From a bacterium (GTDB taxonomy: Bacteria > UBA8248): DNA of 64,000 bases. The translations under genes were made by a program, and so were the position numbers. A model generated the notes under the pieces. That model made no database searches. It saw only the letters and a list, made by a program, of their open reading frames with translations, and had not been told where the DNA came from. The stretch is from positions 320,001 to 384,000 of the forward strand of contig OZ244799.1 of assembly GCA_965219955.1 (NCBI GenBank), in the 5' to 3' direction. Positions 11,590 to 23,372 of the stretch are shown here, one piece after another (within the stretch, counting starts at the first letter, position 1; each line of letters begins with the position of its first letter).

Positions 11590-13121
11590 GAGCGAAGGAC
11601 GTCGGCTATTCCATATTCTCGGGCCTTTTGGTGGCGTCTTTGTTCCCGCCGTTTCAGTTCGAGGTCCTGGCCTTTATCGCGCTCGTTCCCCTCTTATGGG
11701 TTCTCGAGGGCAAAAAACCGCACGAAGCGTTCACCCTGGGGCTGGTGAGCGGCCTGGTTTCATTCGGAATCATCATCTGGTGGGTGAAGATTTCGATGGC
11801 CACCTACGGCGGGCTGCCGGCGTCGCTCGCGTGGCTGATTACCGCCGTCCTCGCGCTCTATCTGGCGCTCTACCCGGCGCTGTTCGCATTTTTCCTGGTG
11901 CGCATCCATGCGGGAGGCTCCGTTCTCACTTTCCTGCTCGCCGCGCCGCTGTGGGTCTCGCTGGAACTCCTGCGCGCCTATTTCATGACCGGCTTCCCGT
12001 GGGCGCTGCTTGGCTATAGCCAGTACCGCTACCTGCACGTCATCCAGATCGCCGATCTGGTGGGCGTGTACGGCGTGTCGTTCTTCATCGTGTTCGTCAA
12101 CGCGGCGATCTGGCATTTCTTCCGTTTTCCCCGGAAAGCGCCTTTCGCCCTCGCCATCGGCGTTTCGCTCGCCGCGGCGTTCGTCTGGGGTTATGGCTAT
12201 CTGCGGCTTCATGAGGTGCCCATCGAGACGGCGGGCGCGGCGCGCGCGGTCGGCATCGTTCAGGGAAACGTCGATCAGTCCGTGAAATGGTCTCCCAAGT
12301 GGAGGCGGGGCATTCTCGAGAATATGGGAAAGCTGACGAAGGAGTTGAGAGGGCGTTTCCCGAAAGATGGATCGGCCGCTCCCCCTCTCATCGTCTGGCC
12401 GGAGGCGGCGGCGCCCCTTGTCTACGGAAGACACGCACACGAACAAAAGTATCTCCGGGATGTCGCGAAGGACGCGAATTCCCACCTGCTCTTCGGCGTC
12501 ATCGGGAAGCGCGAGGTGAAACAAGGCCCCAAATTGACGAACTCGGCCTATCTTCTAAGCCCGGAGGGCGCCGAATCCGGCCGGTACGACAAGATGCACC
12601 TGCTGCCCTTCGGCGAATATGTCCCTCTGTCCAGGTTGTTGTTTTTCGTAAAAAAACTCGTGCCGGTCATCGGGGCGTTCAAACCCGGGGACAAGCCTGA
12701 GATATTTAGCGCCGCGAAAGGGAAATTCGGCGTCCTGATTTGTTTCGAAGTCATTTTTCCCCGCGTGGTGCGGCGGATGAAGAACGCGCAGTTTCTCGTC
12801 AACATCACGAACGATGCGTGGTTCGGCGAGACGGCGGCCTCCGAACAGCATCTGTCGATGGTCGCGTTCCGGGCGGTGGAGTTCCGGATGCCTGTCGTTC
12901 GCTCTGCCAACACGGGGATCAGCGCGCTCATCGACCCCACCGGAGCGATTCGGGTAAGAAGCCCCCTTTTCGAGGAGTGGATACACGCCGACGCCATTTC
13001 GCTGAAAAAAGACGCCCCCAGCGTGTATGCCAGGGTGGGGGATATGTTCGCCTATATCTGTGTTTTCTTTTCTGTGGCGGCGGTTTTGCTGTTCCGCTCC
13101 AGACGGGGCTCCCGGATGTGA
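11586..13121 (+). CDS. lnt: Apolipoprotein N-acyltransferase
   Basis: Multi-TM N-terminus, GFPW, nitrilase triad WPEAA / YDKMHLLPFGEY / ICFE, NDAWFG, RSANTGIS. Confidence 0.96.
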   Translation: MRAKDVGYSIFSGLLVASLFPPFQFEVLAFIALVPLLWVLEGKKPHEAFTLGLVSGLVSFGIIIWWVKISMATYGGLPASLAWLITAVLALYLALYPALFAFFLVRIHAGGSVLTFLLAAPLWVSLELLRAYFMTGFPWALLGYSQYRYLHVIQIADLVGVYGVSFFIVFVNAAIWHFFRFPRKAPFALAIGVSLAAAFVWGYGYLRLHEVPIETAGAARAVGIVQGNVDQSVKWSPKWRRGILENMGKLTKELRGRFPKDGSAAPPLIVWPEAAAPLVYGRHAHEQKYLRDVAKDANSHLLFGVIGKREVKQGPKLTNSAYLLSPEGAESGRYDKMHLLPFGEYVPLSRLLFFVKKLVPVIGAFKPGDKPEIFSAAKGKFGVLICFEVIFPRVVRRMKNAQFLVNITNDAWFGETAASEQHLSMVAFRAVEFRMPVVRSANTGISALIDPTGAIRVRSPLFEEWIHADAISLKKDAPSVYARVGDMFAYICVFFSVAAVLLFRSRRGSRM

Positions 13122-13198
13122 TATGATGGCTGGAACCGCCCCGGTAGGCCCCATGCCTGGGGGTCCTGAAGTTCGATTTCGAAAGATTGGAGATGCAG

Positions 13199-14321
13199 AT
13201 GGAAGATGTATGCAGGAAATGTGAGCAACTGGAGGCGCGCCTCCTTGAACTGCGAGGGCGGCTTTGACCTCGATCGACTGGGAGCGGAATGCGCGAAACT
13301 CGATAAACTCGCCGGAGAAGAGGATTTCTGGAACGATCCCGAAGCCGCCCAGAACACGCTGAAAAAGCGCGCTTCGCTTGAAAAAACGATCCGCAACTGG
13401 GAGAACCTCAACGGGAGGCTCAACGAGCAGAAAGAGCTTCTCCAGCTTCTCCAGATGGAAGAAACGTCCGAATCGGAACTCCTGAGCGAAATCGAAGATG
13501 CTCTTTCCTCTCTTTTCAAGGAGATAGAGCGCCTGGAGTTCCACCTGGTCATGGACTCCGAGGAAGACAGGGCCAACGCCATATTCTCCGTGAACGCAGG
13601 CGCAGGCGGCGTCGAAAGCCAGGATTGGGCCGAAATGCTCTTGCGCATGTACACGCGATGGGCGGAGGAGAAGGGGTATCAGGCGCGCCTCGTTTCCATA
13701 CTCGGAGGGGAAGAGGCCGGCATCAAAAACGCTACCCTGATCATCCAGGGGGACTATGCTTACGGGTATCTTCGGGCGGAAGTCGGCGTGCATCGCTTGA
13801 TCAGGATTTCACCTTTCGACGCCAGCGCGAAGAGACACACCTCTTTCGCTTCCGTGGATGTCGTTCCGGAAGTGTCGGATGACGTGGAAATCGAGATCGA
13901 TGAGAACGATTTGCGGATCGACGTGTTCAGGAGTTCGGGCGCCGGCGGCCAGCATGTGAACACCACGGACTCCGCGGTGCGGATTACGCACATGCCCTCG
14001 GGCATCGTGGTCTCATGCCAGAACGAGCGAAGCCAGCACAAGAACCGCGCGACGGCCATGAAGCTGCTGCGCGGCCAGTTGTACGAAATGGAGAAACGAA
14101 AACGGGACGAGGAAAAAGAAGCGCAGCACGCCATGAAGAAAACCATCGGATTCGGGAGCCAGATTCGTTCCTACATCCTGCACCCCTACCGGATGGTGAA
14201 GGATCACCGAACAGACGTGGAGCGCTCGGACGTGAACGCCGTATTGGACGGGAATATCGATTCGTTCATTGACGCCTATCTCCTCTCATTGATACAGGAG
14301 AAGGCGAATGCGCGCGCGTAG
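13199..14321 (+). CDS. prfB: Peptide chain release factor 2, translated via programmed +1 frameshift
   Basis: Frame 0 ATG 13199 (GGAG upstream) reads MEDVCRKCEQLEARLLELRGRL to CTT-TGA-C at 13262-13268; +1 frame continues DLDRL... with SPF and GAGGQ motifs. Confidence 0.95.
13254..13268 (+). promoter_or_regulatory. prfB +1 ribosomal frameshift site
   Basis: GAGGGCGG CTT TGA C: internal SD-like sequence just 5' of the canonical CTTTGAC shift site. Confidence 0.92.
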
Positions 14322-14369
14322 TCGCCGCCGGTCGAGCCGGATGGATGCGAATGGGGAAATCACAGTTCT

Positions 14370-15941
14370 ATGAACGCGGAAAGAGAGCATGGGAGGAGCG
14401 TCCCCGTGGCGGATGAAGCGTCATCGTCGCCGGATGAGCGGGACGATGAAAACATTTTGACCCAGCAGCGGAGGAAGAAGCTCGAGGGGATTCGGGCGTC
14501 AGGAGCGAACCCCTTCGTGAACCGGTTTTCGACGACGCACCAGGTTGGCGTCATCGTCGGGGAATTCCGTGATGTGCCGGCGGACGGTTTCGATGAGGCG
14601 AAAGAGGCGGATTATTCCGTGGCGGGGAGAATCATCGCCAAGCGGGTGCAGGGGAAGGTTGCCTTTGTCGATCTGCGCGACGGTACGGGACAGATCCAGC
14701 TGTTCATCCGGATGAATGAGATCGGCGAGGAGGCGTTTCAATCCGCCAGGGATCTCGACATCGGCGATATCGTCGGGGCGGAGGGCGGGGTGTTCCGAAC
14801 GAGGATGGGCGAACTCTCCATCTGGGTCCGCCGGATAAGCCTCCTGACGAAGAGTTTGCGGCCGTTGCCAGAAAAGTGGCATGGCCTGAGAAACGTGGAG
14901 GCCCGCTACCGGCAGCGGTATGTGGACTTGATCGCAAACCCCGAGGTGGTCGAGGTATTCCGGGTGCGAACCCGGATGATTCAGTCGATACGCCGCTTTC
15001 TGGATGATCTGAATTTTATCGAGGTCGAAACCCCGATGATGCAGGCCATCGCCGGCGGGGCGACGGCGAGACCGTTCACGACCTACCACAATACGCTGGA
15101 GATGCCTCTGTTCCTTCGCGTGGCGCCCGAGCTCTACCTCAAGCGCCTGGTTGTGGGAGGGATGGATCGCGTCTACGAAATCAACCGCAACTTCAGGAAT
15201 GAAGGCATATCCACGCAGCACAACCCCGAATTCACCATGCTGGAATTCTATATGGCGTATGCGGACTACAACGACCTGATGGAATTGACGGAAAAGATGC
15301 TGGCGTCGCTGGCCCGGGAGATTTTGGGGAATGACGTGCTGAAATACGGGGACGAGGAAATCTCGTTTCGCCCGCCCTGGGCGCGGTATAAATGGCGCGA
15401 TTCCATCGTCGAAGTGGGCGGGGCGCCGGACGACGTATTGGAAGACCGGGGGAAAGCCCGCCTTTTCGCGAGAAAAATCGCGGAACCCAAGGGGTATCCC
15501 ATTCCGGATGATATGAGCCACGTCCACATCCTGGAGTACCTGTTCGAGGAACTGGTGGAGCCGAAGCTCAGGCAGCCCACTTTCGTCTATGATTTCCCGA
15601 AAGCCCTTTCACCGCTTTCCAAGAGCAGGGAGGACGACCCGGATATCGTGGAGCGGTTCGAACTCATCATCGCCGGGCGCGAGATCGCCAACGCCTACAC
15701 GGAGTTGAACGATCCTGACGATCAGCGCGCGCGCTTCGAGCAGCAGGAAGCGAAGAGGGCAGCCGGTGATGAGGAAGCCCATGAGATCGACTGGGATTAC
15801 CTGACGGCCCTGGAATACGGCCTGCCGCCTACGGCCGGCGAGGGGATCGGGATCGACAGGCTCGCGATGCTGCTGACGAATACGCATTCGATTCGCGACG
15901 TCATCCTTTTCCCCCTGTTGCGCAGACACCAGGACGGATGA
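14370..15941 (+). CDS. lysS: Lysine--tRNA ligase (class II)
   Basis: OB-fold, [52 protein letters not shown]. Confidence 0.97.
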   Translation: MNAEREHGRSVPVADEASSSPDERDDENILTQQRRKKLEGIRASGANPFVNRFSTTHQVGVIVGEFRDVPADGFDEAKEADYSVAGRIIAKRVQGKVAFVDLRDGTGQIQLFIRMNEIGEEAFQSARDLDIGDIVGAEGGVFRTRMGELSIWVRRISLLTKSLRPLPEKWHGLRNVEARYRQRYVDLIANPEVVEVFRVRTRMIQSIRRFLDDLNFIEVETPMMQAIAGGATARPFTTYHNTLEMPLFLRVAPELYLKRLVVGGMDRVYEINRNFRNEGISTQHNPEFTMLEFYMAYADYNDLMELTEKMLASLAREILGNDVLKYGDEEISFRPPWARYKWRDSIVEVGGAPDDVLEDRGKARLFARKIAEPKGYPIPDDMSHVHILEYLFEELVEPKLRQPTFVYDFPKALSPLSKSREDDPDIVERFELIIAGREIANAYTELNDPDDQRARFEQQEAKRAAGDEEAHEIDWDYLTALEYGLPPTAGEGIGIDRLAMLLTNTHSIRDVILFPLLRRHQDG

Positions 15942-17203
15942 TGTCTTTATCCACGGAACTGTTCATCGGCTTCAGGCATTTGCGCTCGCGGAGCAAACTC
16001 GCCTTCGTCTCGCTCACCACCTGGATCTCCGTTCTGGGCATCGCGCTGGGCGTGGCCACCCTCATCGTCGTCGTGGGCGTCATGACGGGGTTCCAGCGCG
16101 AATTCCGCGACAAGATACTGGGCACGCAGAGTCACATCGTCATCACGAGGTCCGGCGCTACCCTGATGCGCGAATGGCGCGATATCCTGCAGAAGACGCG
16201 CGATCATGAGGGTGTGGTGGCGGCGAGTCCTTTCGTCTACGGGCAGGCGATGTTCTCGTTCAACAACCGCGTGCTGGGCGCGGTGGTGCGCGGCATCGTT
16301 CCGGATCAGGAAATCGACGTGACGGACATCAGAAGGTACTTGAAGGACGGTGTGCTGAAAAAGATTCTGGAGAAAACCAGCGCGGGCAGGCCCGGCATCA
16401 TCATCGGGGCCGAACTCGCGAAGAACTTGCACCTCAAAGAGGGTGACACGGTGATGATGGTCAGCCCCGTGGGGGTGGTTACGCCGATGGGCCTGGTGCC
16501 CCGGACGAAAAAGTTTCAGGTGGTGGGGATCTTCCGCAGCGGCTTTTATCAGTACGACGCCGGACTCTCGTTCATCTCGATGAAAGAGAGCCAGGCATTC
16601 TTCGGGTTCGGCAAATCCGTGACGGGGGTGCATTTGCGCGTGAAGGACATTTTTTCGGCGGAGCGCATTTCCCGCAAGATTCAGGGAACGCTCTCGGGGA
16701 ATTATTTGTCGCGCTCCTGGCAGGAAATGAACCGCAACCTGTTTTCCGCGCTGAAAACGGAAAAAACCACGCTCACCATCCTTCTTCTCCTCGTCGTCGT
16801 CGTGGCCGCCTTCAACATCATCGGTTCCCTGGTCATGGTGGTGATGGAGAAGGGGCGTGAAATCGCGATCTTGAAGTCGATGGGGGCTACGAGCGGCGCA
16901 ATCCTGAGGATATTCTTCGTGCAAGGCGCCTTCATAGGCCTGTTGGGCGCTGTACTGGGAACAAGCGGAGGACTCGTTCTGGGGTGGAATCTCCATATCG
17001 TTGAGGATTTCCTGGAACGCGCCTTTGGTCTGGACATACTACCGCCCAGCGTTTACCATATAGAGAAATTACCGGTGCAGATGACGCCATTTGATGTATC
17101 TGTTACTGCAGTGGTTGCTTTTATTATCTGTTTGGCGGCGACACTTTATCCAGCGTGGCGGGCTTCTCGCGTCGATCCGGTAGAAAATCTCCGTTATGGT
17201 TGA
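15938..17203 (+). CDS. lolC: Lipoprotein-releasing ABC transporter permease LolC/E
   Basis: [40 protein letters not shown]; precedes lolD. Confidence 0.9.
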   Translation: MMSLSTELFIGFRHLRSRSKLAFVSLTTWISVLGIALGVATLIVVVGVMTGFQREFRDKILGTQSHIVITRSGATLMREWRDILQKTRDHEGVVAASPFVYGQAMFSFNNRVLGAVVRGIVPDQEIDVTDIRRYLKDGVLKKILEKTSAGRPGIIIGAELAKNLHLKEGDTVMMVSPVGVVTPMGLVPRTKKFQVVGIFRSGFYQYDAGLSFISMKESQAFFGFGKSVTGVHLRVKDIFSAERISRKIQGTLSGNYLSRSWQEMNRNLFSALKTEKTTLTILLLLVVVVAAFNIIGSLVMVVMEKGREIAILKSMGATSGAILRIFFVQGAFIGLLGAVLGTSGGLVLGWNLHIVEDFLERAFGLDILPPSVYHIEKLPVQMTPFDVSVTAVVAFIICLAATLYPAWRASRVDPVENLRYG

Positions 17204-17930
17204 TTCGGGCACATTGGAGATGAGTGAGTCTGCTTCACCAGAGGGTGTGTTGCCGCAGGTCATCGTCACCAGAGGACTGGAAAAATCATACCCCATGGGC
17301 AGCGGCGAGGTGATGGCCCTGAGCGGAGTCGACCTCGAGGTTGGTCATGGCGAGATGGTGGCCCTCATGGGGGTCTCCGGAGCGGGGAAAACCACCTTGC
17401 TCCATCTATTGGGAGCGCTCGACAGGCCGACGAAAGGCGAAGTGATTCTGGAGGGCAAAAACCTCTCTGATTGCTCAGAAGCCGAATTGGCTCGATTGAG
17501 AAATCAGCATGTGGGTTTTGTGTTCCAGTTTCATCACTTGCTGCCGGAGTTTTCCGGCCTGGAAAATGTTATGATACCCGGGCTGCTTCGCGGCGCCCGG
17601 AAAAAAGAGGTGGAGGAGCAGTCGAAGGAATTGTTGAGCCGGATAGGGTTGGCCGACAGGTGGAATCATCGGCCTGGAGAACTTTCCGGGGGAGAGCAAC
17701 AAAGGGTTGCTATTGCCCGCGCGTTAATTAACAATCCTTCTGTGGTGCTCGCGGATGAACCAACGGGGAATCTGGATTCATCGACTGCAGAAACGATCTT
17801 TGAACTGCTTCGGGAAATTAACGAAAGAAGCAGACAAACGATTTTGGTGGCGACGCACAATTCTTCGATGGCGGAAAGAATGGATCGTGTGATCGCCGTG
17901 GTGGACGGAAAAATAGCTCATAAAAAGTAA
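17196..17930 (+). CDS. lolD: Lipoprotein-releasing ABC transporter ATPase LolD
   Basis: GVSGAGKT, GFVFQFHHLL (LolD motif), LSGGEQQR, ADEPTGNLD. Confidence 0.92.
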   Translation: MVDSGTLEMSESASPEGVLPQVIVTRGLEKSYPMGSGEVMALSGVDLEVGHGEMVALMGVSGAGKTTLLHLLGALDRPTKGEVILEGKNLSDCSEAELARLRNQHVGFVFQFHHLLPEFSGLENVMIPGLLRGARKKEVEEQSKELLSRIGLADRWNHRPGELSGGEQQRVAIARALINNPSVVLADEPTGNLDSSTAETIFELLREINERSRQTILVATHNSSMAERMDRVIAVVDGKIAHKK

Positions 17931-17940
17931 GGAGGGCCGT

Positions 17941-20385
17941 ATGTTCAAGCGATTCACCGAGCGCGCCCGTAAAGTCATTATCCTCGCCAGAGAGGAAGCG
18001 GAACACTACCGGCACGAATATCTGGGAACCGAACACATACTGCTGGGCGTGCTGAAGGACGGAGGCGGGATCGCCATCGCCGTCCTGCAGAAACTCGGGG
18101 TCGACCCCAAACAGTTGCGCCTGGAGCTTGAACGCAACTTGCCCAAGAGTTTGAGCGGCCCCGTGGAAGGGGATATTCCGTTTACCCCGAAGGCGAAAAA
18201 AGTACTTGAATACGCCGTCGAAGAGGCCCGGCTGATGGGCCACAACTATATCGGCACCGAACATCTGTTGTTGGGTATCGTCAGAGAGAAAGACGGATTG
18301 GCGGCGAAAATTCTGGCCAGCTTCGGCGTGAAGCTCCAGCAGACGCGGGAGCAGACCATCAATCTCCTCAGGGAACCGGTGGCGGCGCGTTCCCGCGAGA
18401 AGAGCAAGACACCCGCGCTCGATGAATTCGGGCGTGACCTCACGGAGTTTGCGGATGAGGGGAAACTCGATCCCGTCATCGGGCGGGAGCAGGAGATAGA
18501 GCGCGTCATACAGATTCTCGCGAGAAGGACAAAGAACAACCCCGTCCTTATCGGAGAGCCCGGCGTCGGAAAAACGGCGATCGTCGAGGGTTTGGCCCAA
18601 TCGATTATGTCCAAGGAAGTTCCCCAGATTTTGTACAACAAGCGCGTGGTTCAGCTCGATCTGGGCGCTTTGGTGGCGGGAACGAAATACCGCGGACAGT
18701 TCGAGGCGCGCCTGAAAGCCATCATGAAGGAGATCACGCAGAGCCAGGACGTGATTATCTTCATCGATGAGTTGCATACATTGGTGGGCGCGGGCGCGGC
18801 GGAAGGCTCTATCGATGCTTCGAACATGCTGAAGCCCGCACTCAGTCGCGGGGAAGTCCAGTGTATCGGCGCCACCACGCTTGATGAGTATCGAAAGTAC
18901 ATCGAGAAAAACGGCGCTCTGGAGCGTCGTTTCCAGACAGTCATGGTGGATCCGCCGTCCGTGGATGACACGGTCAGCATCCTGAAGGGCCTGAGAGACA
19001 AGTATGAAAAACACCACCGCGCGCAATTGACGGATGACGCGCTTGTCTCCGCAGTTCGCTTGTCGTCCCAATACGTGTCGGATCGCTTCCTGCCGGATAA
19101 GGCGATAGACGTCATTGATGAGGCGTGCAGCAAGGTTCGCCTCGAGAAAGAAACTTTCCCGACCAACATCCGGGACCTTCAGCGCCAGATTGAAGAGACG
19201 GTTCGCACCAAAAAAGACATGATCGAGAAACAGGATTTTGAAAAGGCCGTCGAGTTGCGCGATCAGGAAGAGCAGGACAGGAGCAGACTCGACGAGTTGA
19301 AAACGGAATGGGAAGCGGGTCAGACGGATGAAGAACCGTATGTCACCGACGAGGATGTGGCTTACGTCGTCAGCCGGATGACCGGGATTCCGCTGCAGCG
19401 TATCGGAGAAGTGGAGAACGAACGTCTTCTTCGGATGGAAGAGGAGTTGAACGGCCACATCATCGGGCAGGAAGAAGCCACGCGCGCCCTGACGAAGGCG
19501 GTTCGCCGGGCGCGCGCCGGCCTGAAGGGGCCGAAACGCCCGATCGGCAGCTTCTTGTTCCTGGGTCCCACGGGCGTGGGCAAGACCGAGATGGCCAGAA
19601 TGCTCGCCCAGTTCATGTTCGGCGACCCGAACGCCCTCATTCGCATCGATATGAGCGAGTACATGGAGAGATTCAACGTCTCCCGCCTCACCGGAGCGCC
19701 TCCGGGGTACGTCGGCTATGAGGAGGGGGGGCAGCTCACCGAGCGCGTTCGCAGAAAGCCTTACTCTGTCGTGCTGCTCGACGAGATCGAGAAGGCGCAC
19801 CCCGACGTCTACCACGTCCTGCTGCAAGTGATGGACGATGGCCTCCTCACCGACAGCTATGGCCGCAATATCGACTTCAAGAATACCGTCATCATCATGA
19901 CTTCGAATCTCGCGGCCCGCTCCATCGAGAAAGGGACGTCCCTCGGCTTCCAGAAGGCGGACACGGGCCTCGGCTTCGACAAGATGAAGGACAGCATTCG
20001 TGATGAGTTGAAGCGCACCTTCAATCCTGAGTTTCTGAACCGGATTGACGATGTCATCATCTTCCGGCCATTGACCCATGAAGACATCCTGAAAATCGTG
20101 GATATCGAAATTGCCAAAGTCAACGAGACGCTGAATGAAAAGGATATGACGATTGAGTTGAGCGACGAAGCCAAGGACTGGATTGCCAAACAGGGGTTTG
20201 AGCCGGCTTATGGGGCGAGGCCCCTGCGTCGCGTCATCCAAAGACACATCGAAGATACCCTCAGCGAAGAGGTTCTGCACGGTAAATTCCAGGATGGGGG
20301 AACGATCCTGGCGAAGCTGGCCGGGGATGAATTGGTTTTCGAACTGAAAGAAGACACGGAAGTGCTCAGTGTCCAGGACCTATAG
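17941..20385 (+). CDS. clpC: ATP-dependent Clp protease ATPase subunit ClpC
   Basis: Two Clp-N repeats, AAA1 GEPGVGKT, short UVR-type middle domain ([11 protein letters not shown]), AAA2 GPTGVGKT, ClpP-binding LGF loop. Confidence 0.93.
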   Translation: MFKRFTERARKVIILAREEAEHYRHEYLGTEHILLGVLKDGGGIAIAVLQKLGVDPKQLRLELERNLPKSLSGPVEGDIPFTPKAKKVLEYAVEEARLMGHNYIGTEHLLLGIVREKDGLAAKILASFGVKLQQTREQTINLLREPVAARSREKSKTPALDEFGRDLTEFADEGKLDPVIGREQEIERVIQILARRTKNNPVLIGEPGVGKTAIVEGLAQSIMSKEVPQILYNKRVVQLDLGALVAGTKYRGQFEARLKAIMKEITQSQDVIIFIDELHTLVGAGAAEGSIDASNMLKPALSRGEVQCIGATTLDEYRKYIEKNGALERRFQTVMVDPPSVDDTVSILKGLRDKYEKHHRAQLTDDALVSAVRLSSQYVSDRFLPDKAIDVIDEACSKVRLEKETFPTNIRDLQRQIEETVRTKKDMIEKQDFEKAVELRDQEEQDRSRLDELKTEWEAGQTDEEPYVTDEDVAYVVSRMTGIPLQRIGEVENERLLRMEEELNGHIIGQEEATRALTKAVRRARAGLKGPKRPIGSFLFLGPTGVGKTEMARMLAQFMFGDPNALIRIDMSEYMERFNVSRLTGAPPGYVGYEEGGQLTERVRRKPYSVVLLDEIEKAHPDVYHVLLQVMDDGLLTDSYGRNIDFKNTVIIMTSNLAARSIEKGTSLGFQKADTGLGFDKMKDSIRDELKRTFNPEFLNRIDDVIIFRPLTHEDILKIVDIEIAKVNETLNEKDMTIELSDEAKDWIAKQGFEPAYGARPLRRVIQRHIEDTLSEEVLHGKFQDGGTILAKLAGDELVFELKEDTEVLSVQDL

Positions 20386-20440
20386 TTTCACTGAAAAAAA
20401 ATTGAAACTTATTTCCCCTTTTTTCTCAGGGGGTGGTCTT

Positions 20441-22756
20441 ATGCGTTGTGCGGCGAAGGTGTTGGCCTGCGCCGTTTTGGCCTTCCTGTTTCTTGTTGCC
20501 GTTTCTCATGAGGCGATAGGGCAGTCGGCTTCACCGGCCATCACGGTACGGGCTATTGAAGTCAAGGGGAATCGCCGGGTCGATCGTTCCACGGTTCTTT
20601 TTTACGTTCGGCTGAAAGAGGGACAAGACTACACCAACACGGAATTGGTCAAGCAAATCCGCGCGGATGTCCGGGCCATATACAAGCTGGGATTTTTCCG
20701 GGATGTGAAAACCCAGGTGGAGTCTCTGGAAGGGGGGCTCCGCGTTATTTATCAGCTCAGCGAAAAACCCACGATCAATCAGATTGAGATCATTGGAAAC
20801 AGCAAACTGGACCTCGAGAAAATCCGCGAGGGCATCACAGTCAAAGTTCAAACCATTGTCAGTGAATCCATCCTCAAAGAAACGGTCCGGAACATCCGAA
20901 AACTGTATCAGGAAAGCGGCTATTATTTCGCGCGCATAGAAGCTGTTCTGAAAGAAAGCGGCCAGAACACGGTGGCCGTCACGCTCGTGATAGATGAGGG
21001 TGAAAGCGTAAGCATCGGAGCAATCAATTTTGAAGGCAACGAAAATGTCTCAAGAAGAGATTTGCTCAAAGCCATGGAAACCAGCGAGAAGGGGTTTTTC
21101 TCTTTTCTTACGAGTTCGGGGATTTTTAGCGAAGATGAACTGCAAAAGGATTTGGTGCGGATTCGCTTGCTGTATGAGAGCCGCGGATACGCAAAAGTTC
21201 AGGTCGGGCAGCCCGTTATTCGCGAGGAGCGGGGAAGAGGCCGGATATATATAACGATTCCCGTTAGCGAGGGTTTGCGCTACAGAATCGCGAAAGTGGA
21301 TATACGCGGTGGAGAGGATGTTATCCCGCAGGAAGAGATACGAAAGAAGATGCTTCTTTTCGTTGGCGATGTCTTCAACAAAACCCGCCTGCTCTCTGAT
21401 GTGCGGGCGATAACGAATCAATTTTCGAACCGTGGCTATGCGTTCGTGGATGTCAATAGTTTCACGAAAACAGACGACGAGAAGAAGACGATCGACGTTA
21501 CTGTACGAATCAACAAAGGGCGTAGGGTATACATCGGAAAAGTGGGGGTAAAAGGCAACACCCGCACCCGTGAGAATGTAATCCGTAGAGATGTCCGGGT
21601 TATCGAGGGGTCTCTGTACAGCAAGAGAGGGTTGGATTTAACGCGTCAGCGGCTCGTTCGGAAGAATTATTTCGAAACGGTGAAAGTTGCTGAAAAGCGT
21701 CGCCCTGGCAGCGATGAAATACTCGACATCGAGATTGAGGTGAAGGAGAAGCCGACCGGTTCCATTACGGGTGGCATCGGTGTCAACAGCGACGAGGGCG
21801 TTTACGGGCAGGCTGAATTAAAAGAGTCGAATTTGTTCGGCAAGGGTTTGGTTGCTTCCATATTCACCAGAATTTCCTCCGATCGCTTCGATCTGGTTAC
21901 GGAATACTTTGATCCCAATTTCCGGGATTCAGGATACTCGCTTGGGGGGAGCCTGTTTTTTGTCGATCAGGAATATGAAACTTTTGATAACCAAAGACAG
22001 GGCGGCCGCATAACGGTTGGCAAGGAATTTCAGGAGTTCTTGAGAGCTTTCATCTCTTATGAGATCGCGGAATCCCAAATCAGCAACGTTGATGACACGG
22101 CGATAAACACGATTCTGGAGCAGGAAGGAGAAACTTTTCTCGAAAGCAGCGTCATTCCCAGGCTGGTCTACGATAGCCTGAACAGGCCCATTTTCCCGAC
22201 GGATGGCACGTATTGGAGCATTGGCTCCACCATTTCTACTTCACTGCTGGGTGGAAACGTCGACGTATTCTCCGCTGAAGCGGATTTCAGGCAATACCAC
22301 AACATCGGGGAGCGTTTCCGGATCCGCATTTTACGGGATTTGGTTTTGAATTTGAGGGGTAATGTCCGATACGTCGACTCATTCAAGGGCGAAGTGCCGG
22401 CATTCCGCCGTTTGTACGCCACCAGAAGGCACACCGTTCGAGGGTTCACTTCCAGCGACCTGGGTCCGAAGGATATGCAGGGCGACGCCATAGGTGGATT
22501 TTCCTCCGCTCTCGCCTCTGCCGAGTTGACGCATCCTTTCATCGGCCCGACTCAAGTCGCGGTTTTCTTCGATATGGGAAATATCTGGGATGAAGACAAC
22601 GCTTTTGATGTGGGCGAATTGCGGTATGGCGCTGGAATCGGTTTGCGCATCGTGACGCCAATCGGCCCCATGCGGCTTGATATCGGATACAAGCTGGACA
22701 GGAAAGAGAACGAGCGCAGAAGAGAAGCGCATTTGGGGATCGGGGCTGCGTTTTAG
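20441..22756 (+). CDS. bamA: Outer membrane protein assembly factor BamA
   Basis: Signal peptide, POTRA repeats (GN.R motifs), VRGF motif, C-terminal PIGPMRLD...F. Confidence 0.93.
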   Translation: MRCAAKVLACAVLAFLFLVAVSHEAIGQSASPAITVRAIEVKGNRRVDRSTVLFYVRLKEGQDYTNTELVKQIRADVRAIYKLGFFRDVKTQVESLEGGLRVIYQLSEKPTINQIEIIGNSKLDLEKIREGITVKVQTIVSESILKETVRNIRKLYQESGYYFARIEAVLKESGQNTVAVTLVIDEGESVSIGAINFEGNENVSRRDLLKAMETSEKGFFSFLTSSGIFSEDELQKDLVRIRLLYESRGYAKVQVGQPVIREERGRGRIYITIPVSEGLRYRIAKVDIRGGEDVIPQEEIRKKMLLFVGDVFNKTRLLSDVRAITNQFSNRGYAFVDVNSFTKTDDEKKTIDVTVRINKGRRVYIGKVGVKGNTRTRENVIRRDVRVIEGSLYSKRGLDLTRQRLVRKNYFETVKVAEKRRPGSDEILDIEIEVKEKPTGSITGGIGVNSDEGVYGQAELKESNLFGKGLVASIFTRISSDRFDLVTEYFDPNFRDSGYSLGGSLFFVDQEYETFDNQRQGGRITVGKEFQEFLRAFISYEIAESQISNVDDTAINTILEQEGETFLESSVIPRLVYDSLNRPIFPTDGTYWSIGSTISTSLLGGNVDVFSAEADFRQYHNIGERFRIRILRDLVLNLRGNVRYVDSFKGEVPAFRRLYATRRHTVRGFTSSDLGPKDMQGDAIGGFSSALASAELTHPFIGPTQVAVFFDMGNIWDEDNAFDVGELRYGAGIGLRIVTPIGPMRLDIGYKLDRKENERRREAHLGIGAAF

Positions 22757-22792
22757 CAGTGTTTGAACCGGTATTTGTCTTAGGGATGGAGG

Positions 22793-23371
22793 ATGTTTGA
22801 CGTGAGGCGGTATGGCCCATTTATTTTGATCCTTTCGGTATTTCTCGCTTTTGCCTGCGCAGGCCATGCGGAATCGGCAAGTGTGAAATACGGCGTCGTC
22901 AATATTCAGCGCGTATTGCAGACTTCAAAAGGCGGGCGCACCGCGAGTTCGTCTTTGGAAAGGGAGAGAAAGAGGCTCCAAAGCACGATACAGAAACGGC
23001 GCGAAGATTTAGCTCAAATTGCGAATAAAGTTCGGGATTTGCAATTGGAGATCGATCAGAAAAGCGCGATTTGGCGGCAAGAGGAAAAAGAACGCAAGGC
23101 GTTCGAGTTGAGATCCCAGAGGAGAGAATTTACGCGTGAACAGGACAATCTGAGACGATTGGTGCGAGAGAGCGAACGAGACCTTCAAGATCGCCGAAGG
23201 ATCGCCACAGAGAAGGTTCTGAAAGAAGTTCGTGTCATTGTTGAGGAGATCGGGAAGAAAGAGGAGTTGGATGTTATTGTGGACAATGCATCCGGCGGCG
23301 TTTTGTTCGTCAACCCGAGAGTGGATCTCACAGAGAGGGTGATCAAGCTATACGACCAGAAGAAGAAATAA
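22793..23371 (+). CDS. skp: OmpH/Skp periplasmic chaperone
   Basis: Signal peptide, [11 protein letters not shown], long coiled coil, DLTERVIK; located between bamA and lpxD. Confidence 0.88.
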   Translation: MFDVRRYGPFILILSVFLAFACAGHAESASVKYGVVNIQRVLQTSKGGRTASSSLERERKRLQSTIQKRREDLAQIANKVRDLQLEIDQKSAIWRQEEKERKAFELRSQRREFTREQDNLRRLVRESERDLQDRRRIATEKVLKEVRVIVEEIGKKEELDVIVDNASGGVLFVNPRVDLTERVIKLYDQKKK

Positions 23372-23372
23372 A

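Noticed and set aside
13206-13265. N-terminus of ORF-track prfB (MYAGNVSNW...)
   Set aside because: Artefact of the +1 frameshift; the true N-terminus is in the other frame.
17818-20280. 820-aa antisense ORF over clpC, and similar long antisense ORFs over uvrB, uvrC, lolC, waaC, tcuA and the aminopeptidase
   Set aside because: Shadow frames of GC-rich conserved genes with no recognisable motifs.
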